64,000 nucleotides of DNA from an uncultured Acidobacteriaceae bacterium (lineage in GTDB: Bacteria > Acidobacteriota > Terriglobia > Terriglobales > Acidobacteriaceae). Both the position numbers and the translations under genes were made by a program. Numbering within the stretch: position 1 is the stretch's first letter; each line of letters begins with the position of its first letter. Below, piece after piece: positions 8,839 through 18,005 of the stretch. The notes beneath the pieces were generated by a model, which was not told the DNA's origin, searched no databases, and worked only from the letters and a program-made list of their open reading frames with translations. The stretch is taken from NCBI GenBank assembly GCA_963720815.1, contig CAVRGX010000005.1:733736-797735 (forward strand), in the 5' to 3' direction.

Positions 8839-9202
8839 TGCGTTCCTTAGTCCCGTTCCTTAAACCCGATGGTTAAACCCAATAAAACTGTTTGCGGCGT
8901 CTTCAAGCCGGCTCGCGCATGACGCCGGTAAGTCTGGAAGCTACCACGACGCGGCGCCCCGGCGCTAATTTTGTGGATCGGCTTGCTCAACCCTTTCCTA
9001 CAACTTTGGCTCAGGTTGCAGCGAAAAGGCCTTCCAATGGGACTGACTGTACCACCTGGAAGGTGCAAGCTCATTTCCCGGCCATTTACTGATAGGGGTC
9101 CGCGTCGCCGCCGGAACCTCTCTCGGCAATGCCCTGAGAGCACTCGGAGGCCATCGAGAAACGGAGTGTTGTCTCGTTTTTCCGGCGTACAATCGCGCAA
9201 GC

Positions 9203-10390
9203 CTACATGCGTCTGACGTAATTCTTGCCCGGAAGTTGTTTAATCCGGCTCGCTAGCTCAAGCTCAAAGAGAGCAGTGAATATTTCAGACGAGGTCAACG
9301 TAGACTCGAGCTTTTCGATCAGCTCGTCGAGTTGCACAGCTTCGTCGTGCCGGAGCGCATTGAGCACGATGGATTCCGGTTGTTGCAGCGGAAGTTCCTG
9401 CTCAATCGATGCACCATTCTCACTCGGCGATGCAAATCCTGCTTCGGCCTCCAGTTGCAGCCGTATCCGCGTGGGCAGTTCTTCCCACACGTCTTCCCAT
9501 GTGGCGACCAGCTTAGCGCCCTGTTTTATCAGCGTGTTGGGCCCCCAGGCGTTCCTGGTGGTGACATTGCCCGGAACCGCATATACATCCCGATTTTGCT
9601 CGAGCGCGCAGCGGGCCGTCACCCGCGTGCCGCTGTTCTCACCCGCCTCCACCACCAGCACGCCGATGCTGATACCACTCAGGATGCGGTTGCGTTTCGG
9701 AAAGTTTTGCGGCGCGGGAAAGGTGCCTAATCTGTATTCGGACAGGATGGCGCCCCCGCCCAGGAGGATGCTCTCTGCCAGGGATTTATTTTCCTTGGGA
9801 TAGATCACATCGATGCCCGTACCCCAAATAGCAACCGTGCTGCCCTTCGCGGCAAGAGCACCGCGATGCGCTGCCGTGTCAACGCCGCGTGCCATTCCGC
9901 TCAGAATCACCAGCTTGCGGCTGGCCAGATCCCGGCCCAACACTTCCGCCATGCCCGAACCGTACGGCGTTGGTTGCCGTGTGCCCACGATAGCGATCGC
10001 CGGGCGAGACAAAAGCTTCGTGTCGCCCAATGCCCAGAGCACGGGCGGAGGATCGAAAATTTCGCGCAAGCCCTCGGGATATTCTTCGTCTTCGTAGGTA
10101 AGGATGCTCCCACGCTGCTGGTGAACGCGAGCCAGTTCCTGTTCGGCGTCGCTCCGGGCTTTGCCTGTGAAAATGAACTGGGCCGATGCTGCGGGAAACT
10201 TAAGCGATTCCAGTTCTGTAAGAGACAGGCGAAAAAGGCGCGACACATCCTGCAGCGTCTGTACCGCCTTCAGGATGCGCTTGGGCCCCAACCCAGGGGT
10301 CAGCGTGAGCGCAAGCCAGGCCAGCCGGTTCTCCGCAGCCAATGGCGGCGAAGACGGACCTGGAGAAGGTGTTGGGTCGAATGGGTGCAT
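9203..10390 (-). CDS. dprA: DNA-processing protein DprA (Smf)
   Basis: IAIVGTRQPTPYGSGMA...LSGMARGVDTAAHRGAL, a Rossmann-like DprA core, with a C-terminal winged-helix-like tail. Confidence 0.9.
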   Translation of the reverse strand: MHPFDPTPSPGPSSPPLAAENRLAWLALTLTPGLGPKRILKAVQTLQDVSRLFRLSLTELESLKFPAASAQFIFTGKARSDAEQELARVHQQRGSILTYEDEEYPEGLREIFDPPPVLWALGDTKLLSRPAIAIVGTRQPTPYGSGMAEVLGRDLASRKLVILSGMARGVDTAAHRGALAAKGSTVAIWGTGIDVIYPKENKSLAESILLGGGAILSEYRLGTFPAPQNFPKRNRILSGISIGVLVVEAGENSGTRVTARCALEQNRDVYAVPGNVTTRNAWGPNTLIKQGAKLVATWEDVWEELPTRIRLQLEAEAGFASPSENGASIEQELPLQQPESIVLNALRHDEAVQLDELIEKLESTLTSSEIFTALFELELASRIKQLPGKNYVRRM

Positions 10391-10464
10391 TGCAAGTGGG
10401 ATTGGTAGGGCCGAGACTAGCCGGGCCGGCGCTCGATGTCAAGGTGAGCACGGTACACTGACGA

Positions 10465-11340
10465 GTGAGCCTTAAACCTAGTCGCCCCCTTCGCATGGCG
10501 GCAATCGATTTTTTGAACCCCGCTCCTTTGATGTGGGATTTCGAGCATGAGCCGGGGCTTAGCCGCCTGCGTGCGCGCTACGAGATCAAGTACACCACGC
10601 CCTCACGCTGCGCAGCGGAACTCGCCACGGGCGAGGCGGACATTGGCCTGGTGCCGGTGGCGGCTCATGCCACGACACCTTCCCTGGTGGTCGTGCCCGG
10701 CTGCACCATAGCTTCGCTCGATCGTGTGCGTTCGATCCTGCTGGTCGTGCGCGCAAGCACGGGTGTGTCCGGAGTGCGTCGTGTGGCGGCAGACACCTCG
10801 TCGCGCACTTCATTTGCCTATACGAGAATTCTTTTCGACATCTTCTGGAAGGTTCCGGCTGTGTTTATTTCGCACGCGCCCGACCTTGCATCAATGCTCG
10901 CCGTTGCCGATGCAGCCCTGCTGATTGGCGACCCGGCGCTGCTCGCGCTCGAGGATAAGGAGGCGCGTGAAGACCGCACCGGCGAACCCCTGCTCTATCT
11001 CGATCTGGCCCATGAATGGCACAGCTTTACAGGCCTGCCATGGATTTCTGCGTTCTGGGCGCTGCGGCCGAGTGCTCTCGAAGAGAGCGGAGTGCGCGCC
11101 GCGCAGTTGATCGACGACCTGCAATCCTCGCGGGACCATGGGCTCGCGCACGTCGAAGACCTGGTAACGGAGTGGTCCACGCGTATTGCCGTCTCTCGAG
11201 AAACGATCCGTTTCTACCTGACCAGCAATATTCACTACGTATTAGATGATGCCTGCCTTGCGGGGCTCGATGCGTTCTATCGCTACGCCGCCGAGTGCGG
11301 TGCGCTGCCAGCGGTTGAGCCGGTGACGCTGCTTTCGTGA
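10465..11340 (+). CDS. mqnA: futalosine-pathway menaquinone biosynthesis protein MqnA-like (chorismate dehydratase family)
   Basis: GTG start. RMAAIDFLNPAPLMWDF...IGLVPV...FWALR matches the periplasmic-binding-protein-like MqnA/MqnD fold pattern. Confidence 0.65.
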   Translation: MSLKPSRPLRMAAIDFLNPAPLMWDFEHEPGLSRLRARYEIKYTTPSRCAAELATGEADIGLVPVAAHATTPSLVVVPGCTIASLDRVRSILLVVRASTGVSGVRRVAADTSSRTSFAYTRILFDIFWKVPAVFISHAPDLASMLAVADAALLIGDPALLALEDKEAREDRTGEPLLYLDLAHEWHSFTGLPWISAFWALRPSALEESGVRAAQLIDDLQSSRDHGLAHVEDLVTEWSTRIAVSRETIRFYLTSNIHYVLDDACLAGLDAFYRYAAECGALPAVEPVTLLS

Positions 11341-11401
11341 CTGCGGAATCAATACTGGATACACAAGGCAATCGGCGAGCGAAAAGCCGAGCCCTGGTGT
11401 T

Positions 11402-12418
11402 CTAAATCTCCCAGCGAAGCAGGCAGGCGCCCACGGTGAAGCCCGCGCCTACAGATGCCAGCAGAACAAGCTTGCCTTTTTCCAAACGACGGTCATCGAG
11501 CGCGGTTTGCATGGCGAGGGGAATGGTGGCCGCGGTGGTATTTCCGAATCGATCGATGTTAATGACCACTCGGTCCAGCGGCAGGCCCAGACGCTCCGCC
11601 GTGGAGTGGATGATGCGCATGTTCGCCTGGTGAGGGATGAAACAGCTTAGATCGTTGCCAGTAATATTGTTGGCTGACAGGACCTTACCGGCTGTCTCCA
11701 CCATTTTGCGCACGGCGTACTTATAGACCGCCTGCCCGTCCTGGTGAACGTAGTGCATTCTTTCAGCAACCGTTTCTGCCGAAGCGGGATGCAGGCTGCC
11801 GCCAGCGGGCATATTGAGTGACGCTGCTCCGGAACCATCAATCTCGTGGTGATAGTCGAGCAAGCCGACCTCACCCTCTTTAGTAGGTTCGATCAGAACG
11901 GCGCCGGCACCGTCGCCAAAGATAACGCAGGTCGTGCGGTCTGTGTAATCGATGATGGAAGACATGGTGTCCGCACCGATGACCAGAACCTTGGAGTGGA
12001 CTCCCGACTCAACCAGTTTGGCTCCCACCTGCAGCGCATAAAGAAAACCGGAGCACGCGGCAGAGAGATCGAAGCCCCAGGCGCCGCGAGCGCCGATTCT
12101 GTCCTGAACCAGGCATGCGGTCGCGGGAAAAAACATGTCAGGAGTGACCGTAGCAACGATCACAACTTCCACTTCGCTCGCCGGCACGCCGCGCATGGCG
12201 AGGCACCGCTTGGCTGCTTCCACGGCCATATCGCTGGTCGCCATACCTGGCTCGACCAGATGCCGCTCGCGGATCCCGATGCGCTGCATAATCCAGTCGT
12301 CGGAGGTGTCCACCAACTTCGCCAGGTCTGCGTTATTTAGGATGCGCGGCGGCACATACGTTCCCAAGGCGCTGATTTTGGCACGGCGTAACGCACGAGG
12401 ACGCAGTTCGATGCTCAA
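11402..12418 (-). CDS. fabH: 3-oxoacyl-ACP synthase III
   Basis: Active-site context [10 protein letters not shown], plus ...[10 protein letters not shown]...[10 protein letters not shown]. Confidence 0.9.
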   Translation of the reverse strand: MSIELRPRALRRAKISALGTYVPPRILNNADLAKLVDTSDDWIMQRIGIRERHLVEPGMATSDMAVEAAKRCLAMRGVPASEVEVVIVATVTPDMFFPATACLVQDRIGARGAWGFDLSAACSGFLYALQVGAKLVESGVHSKVLVIGADTMSSIIDYTDRTTCVIFGDGAGAVLIEPTKEGEVGLLDYHHEIDGSGAASLNMPAGGSLHPASAETVAERMHYVHQDGQAVYKYAVRKMVETAGKVLSANNITGNDLSCFIPHQANMRIIHSTAERLGLPLDRVVINIDRFGNTTAATIPLAMQTALDDRRLEKGKLVLLASVGAGFTVGACLLRWEI

Positions 12419-12602
12419 TGATGTTCTCCGTAGGGCAAAAGAAGGAATCTCAAAGCGGTTTCCGAGTCGCTTTCGACGACCGGCAATGGCAAGATGTGGT
12501 TTCCGTCGAGTGTCCTCGACCTGCGCCGCGATAGAGATGAGCTGATCGGTGCAGGGAGGCGACGGGGAGAGGATGCGCTGGAAGGCTCACGGGCTATCGT
12601 AT

Positions 12603-12699
12603 GTACCGGGGGGCCTACTGCGCACGCACTGACCCGTTACCGTTGCTTCCTTCCGGACCTGGCGGGGTTGGCGGGGTTGCGTCGCGTAGGGCCCGGCAC
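12603..12699 (-). ncRNA. ffs: signal recognition particle RNA, small (4.5S) type
   Basis: The minus strand reads ...CCGCCAGGTCCGGAAGGAAGCAACGG.... This contains the 17-nt domain IV core AGGUCCGGAAGGAAGCA, identical to E. coli 4.5S RNA. Flanking 5-prime GTGCCGGGCCCTACGCG and 3-prime GCGCAGTAGGCCCCCCGGTAC can pair into the expected long hairpin. End positions are approximate. Confidence 0.75.
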
Positions 12700-12759
12700 A
12701 TCATGATGATAGCACTGGGTGGGGACCCTGATCGACTCCCTGGGAACAGGTACGGTTCC

Positions 12760-13443
12760 CTAATACCCGTTGGCAATCAGATATTCGAGGCTAAGTTCGA
12801 AGCGGGGCGCTTGCGCACGCTGCTCCATGAATTTGATCAGCACGTCGGCCTCGATATTGACTGGTTGGCCAGCCTTCAAGGTATGCAAATTCGTGCGTGC
12901 ATAGGTGTGAGGGATGATGGCAACGTGGACGAGATCACCCTGCGGCGTACCCGGCTCCCATCGAGCAATGGTTAGGCTGATGCCTTCGATCGCGATGGAA
13001 CCCTTTTCTACCATGAAGCGGCTGACCTCGACCGGAACAGCCACCTTGAGCCACCAATCGGTCAGAGCCGGGTCGGCATGTGCATCCACTGGTTGCAGGC
13101 CGAGAAGCGTCCCTGTGCCGTCGACATGGCCCTGCACCACATGGCCGCCCAGCGGGGCGCCCGCCGCCGTGGGCAACTCAAGATTTACGACAGAGCCGGA
13201 AGCAAGCAGAGAAAGGGAGGTGCGGGCAACCGTCTCCGCCGCCAGATCTGCATGGAAGCGGGGCGGCGTGGAGTCGGCTTCGATGTCAATCGCGGTGAGA
13301 CACACGCCGCTGACCGATATGCTGTCGCCGGTGTTTAGAGCGATGCCATGTCCGATCGGCGCGGCAATAGCGATCCGCCGTGAACCGTCCCGTTGCTCAA
13401 CAGAGAGGAGAGTGCCCGTTGTTTCGACAAGACCTGTAAACAT
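12760..13443 (-). CDS. ribE: riboflavin synthase alpha subunit
   Basis: MFTGLVETTGT... with two lumazine-binding repeats (GDSISVSGVCLT / GSIAIEGISLT). Confidence 0.9.
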   Translation of the reverse strand: MFTGLVETTGTLLSVEQRDGSRRIAIAAPIGHGIALNTGDSISVSGVCLTAIDIEADSTPPRFHADLAAETVARTSLSLLASGSVVNLELPTAAGAPLGGHVVQGHVDGTGTLLGLQPVDAHADPALTDWWLKVAVPVEVSRFMVEKGSIAIEGISLTIARWEPGTPQGDLVHVAIIPHTYARTNLHTLKAGQPVNIEADVLIKFMEQRAQAPRFELSLEYLIANGY

Positions 13444-13575
13444 ATGGACATTCTACCCAGAGGCCGGCGCGAAGCTCTCTCGGCTTGAGCTGCTCCCTCT
13501 GGATCCTGGATCCGCTCATCGGAAGGGCTAGTCTGAGCTCGGCGCATCCTCGCGAGCGGCGAGGCACGGATCGGC

Positions 13576-14722
13576 TTACGGAGCGGGCCACGGATCGCGC
13601 AAGTATGCCTCGAATGCAAAGTCCTCGCCAAACTTCATCAAGGACGATCGCTGCACCTGCGGCATTCCTGTCACCGAACCGACCATGGGCAACCCGCCTT
13701 GCCCAAGGAACTTGGGTGCATAGAACAGCATGAGCTTATCGACCAATCCCTGGTTGAGGGCCGACGTGTAAAGCTTTGCGCCACCCTCGATCATCAGGTT
13801 GGTGATCTGCATTCCACGCATGCTCAGCAGAACCTCCTGCAGCAGAATCCCCTCGCTGTCACGTTCCACCTGCAAAAGCCGGACGCCGCGCTCTTTGAGC
13901 GCGTTTTGCGAAGTGGCGCTGGCATGGCTGAAGAAGATGAGCACATCGTCCTCAGCGGTTCTCACCAGTTGAGAATCGAGCGGTATGCGCAGAGTGGAAT
14001 CGAGCACAATTCTCAGTAGCGGCCGCCGCCGGGGTAAATCGCTGCGGTCGGTCAACAACGGGTCGTCGGCGAGAATCGTGCCCACTCCGGTCATCAGCGC
14101 ATCGGCGGCATGGCGCATGCGGTGGACTTCCGCGCGAGCGTCGCTTCCGGTGATCCAATAGGTAACGCCGGCGGACTGTTGCGCGGAACCGATGCGGCCA
14201 TCGAGCGTAGAAGCCACTTTCATGGTTACAAATGGGAGAGATGTTTGTATGTGCCGGGCAAAACCGTCGTTCAGCCTGCGAGCAGGCTCCTCAAGAAGAC
14301 CCAAACGAACCTCGATGCCCGCTTTCCTCAGTCTCGCCGCGCCGGCGCCGCGAACCAGAGGATTGGGATCGGCAGTGGCCACCACCACCCTGGCCACACC
14401 CGCGGCTATCAGCGCATCCGCACAGGGACCGGTTCTCCCCTGGTGAGAGCAGGGTTCGAGCGTTACATAGGCAGTTGCGCCGCGCGCCAAAGTCCCAGCC
14501 TGCTCTGAGGGCAACGACCTCGGCATGGTCTAACAGGTCGTATACGTGGAAGCCTTCGCCCACGACTTTCTGGTTCGTTACTTTCTCGCCTTGGACGAGC
14601 ACACAGCCCACTGCAGGATTGGGCGAAGCGAGGCCGACCGACTGCTCCGCCTGCCGCAGGGCACGCTCCATCCAGTGATGGTCAATCCGTTGAAGGTCAA
14701 TCCGTGGATCGGGTGGCAGCAT
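13576..14722 (-). pseudogene. ribD: bifunctional riboflavin deaminase/reductase RibD, interrupted by a 1-nt frameshift near 14503
   Basis: The deaminase N-terminus (..NPAVGCVLV..HAEVVALR) is in the frame of ORF 14291..14722. The continuation (QAGTLARGATAYVTLEPCSHQGRTGPC...) and the reductase domain are in the frame of ORF 13576..14526. Total length is 3n+1. Confidence 0.85.
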
Positions 14723-14731
14723 GATGATCTT

Positions 14732-15682
14732 TCAATTGTCGAGCAGGGAATCTACGAAAGCCTTGCTGTCGAAAGGCAACAAGTCGTCGAGTTTCTCACC
14801 CACCCCCACATAGCGGACGGGCACTTTGAGTTCGCGGGCAATGGCGACGGCAATGCCGCCTTTGGCGGTGCCGTCGAGCTTGGTGAGCACAATGCCGGTA
14901 ACGCCGGCCGATTCGGTAAACAGCTTTGCCTGTTGCAAGCCATTTTGTCCCGTGGTGGCATCCATCACCAGCAAAACGTCATGGGGTGCGCTGGGAATAA
15001 TACGTTCCGCCGTTCGCCGCATCTTGGCCAACTCCGCCATCAGGTTGTCTTTTGTGTGCAGCCGGCCAGCCGTATCCACGATCAGAACATCGATCGAGCG
15101 AGATTGCGCCGCGCGCATGGCATCGAAGAGTACGGCGGAAGGATCACCGCCCTGCTTCGTCTTGATCATCTCCACGCCGCTGCGCTGGCCCCATACTTCA
15201 AGCTGTTCGATGGCGGCGGCCCTGAAAGTGTCGGCCGCACACAGTAAGACTGTCTTGCCCTCTCGCCGGAAATAAGCAGCTAGTTTGCCGGTCGTCGTTG
15301 TTTTGCCTGTTCCGTTGACGCCCACCATCATGATGACTCTGGGGGGCGCCGTATAGCGTGGCTTAAAGAAGTTCTGTTCCTCTTCGGCGTCGAGCAGCGA
15401 CTGTATCGCTGTTTTCAAAAGGGCTTTCAGCTCCGCGCCATTTTGAATCTCGTGCCGTCTCACCTTGGAGCGTAGAGCCGAGATGATCTCGGTCGATGTG
15501 TTGATGCCCAGATCCGAGGCCAGGAGGCTCATCTCCAGCTCTTCCAGGGCGGCTTCGTCGATCTCGTGGGTGAGGGCAACGATCCCGTCGATCCGGTCCG
15601 CAAGGGTCTCGCGGGTACGCGAGACGGCCTCTTTCATCCGGCCGAATAGACTCTTTTTCTCTGGTTCTTCCCAGGCTGCCAA
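14732..15682 (-). CDS. ftsY: signal recognition particle receptor FtsY
   Basis: NG domain with GVNGTGKTTT, DTAGR and TKLDGTAKGG motifs. Confidence 0.92.
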   Translation of the reverse strand: MAAWEEPEKKSLFGRMKEAVSRTRETLADRIDGIVALTHEIDEAALEELEMSLLASDLGINTSTEIISALRSKVRRHEIQNGAELKALLKTAIQSLLDAEEEQNFFKPRYTAPPRVIMMVGVNGTGKTTTTGKLAAYFRREGKTVLLCAADTFRAAAIEQLEVWGQRSGVEMIKTKQGGDPSAVLFDAMRAAQSRSIDVLIVDTAGRLHTKDNLMAELAKMRRTAERIIPSAPHDVLLVMDATTGQNGLQQAKLFTESAGVTGIVLTKLDGTAKGGIAVAIARELKVPVRYVGVGEKLDDLLPFDSKAFVDSLLDN

Positions 15683-15979
15683 AAAGGGTTTGGATCATTT
15701 ACCAGGTATCTCGATACGGCATACCCCGAGTGTACTAGAGCATTTTCGCAATAGGCGCGCTGGGCATTGGCTCAAAAATACGCGTTAACGCGTTAAGTCT
15801 TCCGGGCATTCAGGCCACACTATCGCGTCGTTAAATTAGATGAAGTCTGGCGCAATTAAGTGTTGGTTATTTTGAATCGCTCCCTCAGCGGCTTTAGGTG
15901 AGAGTTTGACTGATACTGGGCCACAAACGAACAGCCCCGGCCTGCCCCGGCTTGCCGTGGGAGGGGCGGCTGAAAGCAG

Positions 15980-16165
15980 CCCAGGACGCAGTCCCATAAG
16001 CGCTAACTTATGGGGAAGTTTGCGTCCAAACCCTCACAAAATCGTCATTCTGAGCGAAGCTCAGAATGACGATTTTGTGGTGAGTTGGAGTTTCAAAAAA
16101 CCAGCGTCTTCTCGGATTTCGATGTCTTCCAAAATAAGTTAGCGCTTATGGGACGCAGTCCTGGG
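15980..16165. mobile_element. MITE-like element: ~31-bp imperfect terminal inverted repeats enclosing a perfect 21-bp-stem hairpin
   Basis: Left end CCCAGGACGCAGTCCCATAAGCGCTAACTTA (15980-16010) and right end TAAGTTAGCGCTTATGGGACGCAGTCCTGGG (16135-16165). The 18-bp core is perfect. Internal hairpin CACAAAATCGTCATTCTGAGC-gaa-GCTCAGAATGACGATTTTGTG at 16035-16079. Confidence 0.65.
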
Positions 16166-16254
16166 TAGGGTACGCAACCAGATCAAGTCCTGCAGGGACG
16201 ACTGAATGCCTCAGAGGGTGAAAACCTCAGCGTCGCCATGACCGGATCGTTGTT

Positions 16255-17266
16255 TTATTCTTCCCGGCCGGGACGGGCCATCAAATCGCGGATCGCGTCC
16301 TGGGGTGACTTGCCGTGATTCAGAATGGCGGACATTTGCTCGGTGATCGGCATCTCCACGCCGTGCGCTTTGGCGAGGCCAAGCGCAGCCGAGGTCGTAC
16401 TCACACCCTCGGCGACTTTGCCCCGCAGTCTGACGAGAATCTCAGAAAGTTGATGTCCCTTGCCCAGTTCAACTCCAACGGAGCGGTTGCGGGAAAGTGG
16501 GCCTGTGCAGGTAAGCACCAGGTCGCCCAGCCCGGAGAGCCCTGCCAGGGTCTCCCGCCGCCCCCCGCAAGCGACAGCCAGACGAGTGATCTCGGCCACG
16601 CCGCGGGTGATGATGGCAGCGGCGCTGTTGTGCCCTAGCCCCAATCCAGAAGCGATGCCGGCAGCGATAGCGATGACGTTCTTGAGCGCGCCTCCGAGTT
16701 CGACACCGATCACGTCGTCATTGGTGTAAATGCGCAAGCCGGGAGCGCTCAACTCCTCCTGCAGGCGGTTGGCAAGCCGGCCATCGGCTGCGGCGATGGT
16801 GATCGCCGTAGGAGCTCCGGCGGCTACCTCCTGTGCGAACGATGGTCCGCTCAGGACAGCGCACTTCGTCTTTTCCCGAACATCATCCGCCAGCACCTGT
16901 TCAATGACCTGCGTCATACGCAGAAACGTCCCATCCTCAATGCCCTTGGTGGCGCTTACGATGAGTTGGTCAGGATGAATCAGGCCGGCCATCTGACGAT
17001 AGATCGTGCGCACATGCTGCGACGGAACGACACTGATGATAATGTGTGCGCCTTCGCAGGGCGCGGAAAAGATTCGCTTCAGAGATCACCTGAGGCGGAA
17101 TGGGAAAGCCGGGCAGATAGGTAATGTTTTCTCGCTGCGTGCGAATGGCCTCGGCCACCGCGGCGGAATGCGACCAAAGGGCAATCGAGTGATCGCCCCG
17201 CCTCGCCAGACAGAGAGCAAGGGATGTGCCCCACGATCCGCTGCCGATGACGGCAATCCTGCTCAC
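16255..17266 (-). pseudogene. gpsA: NAD(P)H-dependent glycerol-3-phosphate dehydrogenase GpsA, interrupted by a 1-nt frameshift near 17056
   Basis: The N-terminus VSRIAVIGSGSWGTSLA...EANLFRAL is the tail of ORF 16970..17824. The continuation EGAHIIISVVPSQHVRTIYRQM... is in the frame of ORF 16255..17013. The GTG start overlaps the plsY stop (GTGA). Total length is 3n+1. Confidence 0.85.
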
Positions 17267-17895
17267 GCTGGCGCCTTTTTCGAGCTTCCGAAGCGGTTCT
17301 CTGTGCCACGCATCAGCCGCTTTATATTCGGCCAATGTTTTGCAATCACAATCCAGCAACTGGCAAATATGGCCGCGACGCCTGGGTAGCCAAATTTCCA
17401 GTGCGATAGCCGGAGAGTCAGAAAAGGAAGCAGCACCGCCGCCAGTATGGAAGCGAGCGAAACATAGCGGGTCAAAGCGACAATTACGATCCAAAGTCCG
17501 AGCGCGGTCAGTGCAGCGAGCGGGCAGAACGCGAGAAAGGCGCCAAAGGCGGTCGCCACTCCCTTGCCGCCCTTGAAGCGCAGCCAAACGGGGAACATAT
17601 GTCCCAGGACGACAAACAGCGTCGCCACGACGGTGACACTTTTGATCGTCTCGGCACCGCCGTTGCGGGCCAGCCATTCCGCCACTGCGACTGCGGCGTA
17701 ACCTTTGCCGCCATCGAGCAGGAAGGTCAACACTCCGAGACCCTTTGCGCCCGAGCGCAATACATTGGTCGCGCCGATATTGCCGCTGCCGTGGGCGCGG
17801 ATATCTTCTTTTCGTACCACCCACACCAGCAGGAACCCGAAGGGGATGGAACCCAGCAGATAGGCCACGATAACGACGATCAGGGAAAGAGACAT
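17263..17895 (-). CDS. plsY: glycerol-3-phosphate acyltransferase PlsY
   Basis: MSLSLIVVIVAYLLGSIPFG...HGSGNIGATN...GGKGVAT; multi-TM. Internal Met chosen within ORF 17263..17961. Confidence 0.9.
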   Translation of the reverse strand: MSLSLIVVIVAYLLGSIPFGFLLVWVVRKEDIRAHGSGNIGATNVLRSGAKGLGVLTFLLDGGKGYAAVAVAEWLARNGGAETIKSVTVVATLFVVLGHMFPVWLRFKGGKGVATAFGAFLAFCPLAALTALGLWIVIVALTRYVSLASILAAVLLPFLTLRLSHWKFGYPGVAAIFASCWIVIAKHWPNIKRLMRGTENRFGSSKKAPA

Positions 17896-18005
17896 GGTTG
17901 CCGGTTTTGAGTGTAGCAGTGCTTTCGACCGTCTCCTGCCTGGCAGTGCCCGGTGAGTCATCTGCGCGGATTTGGTCTGCGAATTTGGTCTGTTAGATTA
18001 GGGCG

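Noticed and set aside
14723-14731. FMN riboswitch expected upstream of ribD.
   Set aside because: Only 9 nt separate the ftsY stop from the ribD start, and no RFN-element core sequence is visible nearby.
15906-16142. 78-aa plus-strand ORF.
   Set aside because: It lies entirely within the palindromic MITE-like element. Its translation is the familiar repeat artefact (..ILSEAQNDDF..).
16970-17824. 284-aa minus-strand ORF.
   Set aside because: Only its last ~98 codons (from the GTG at 17266) are real; they form the N-terminus of the frameshifted gpsA. The upstream part overlaps plsY out of frame and is Arg-rich nonsense.
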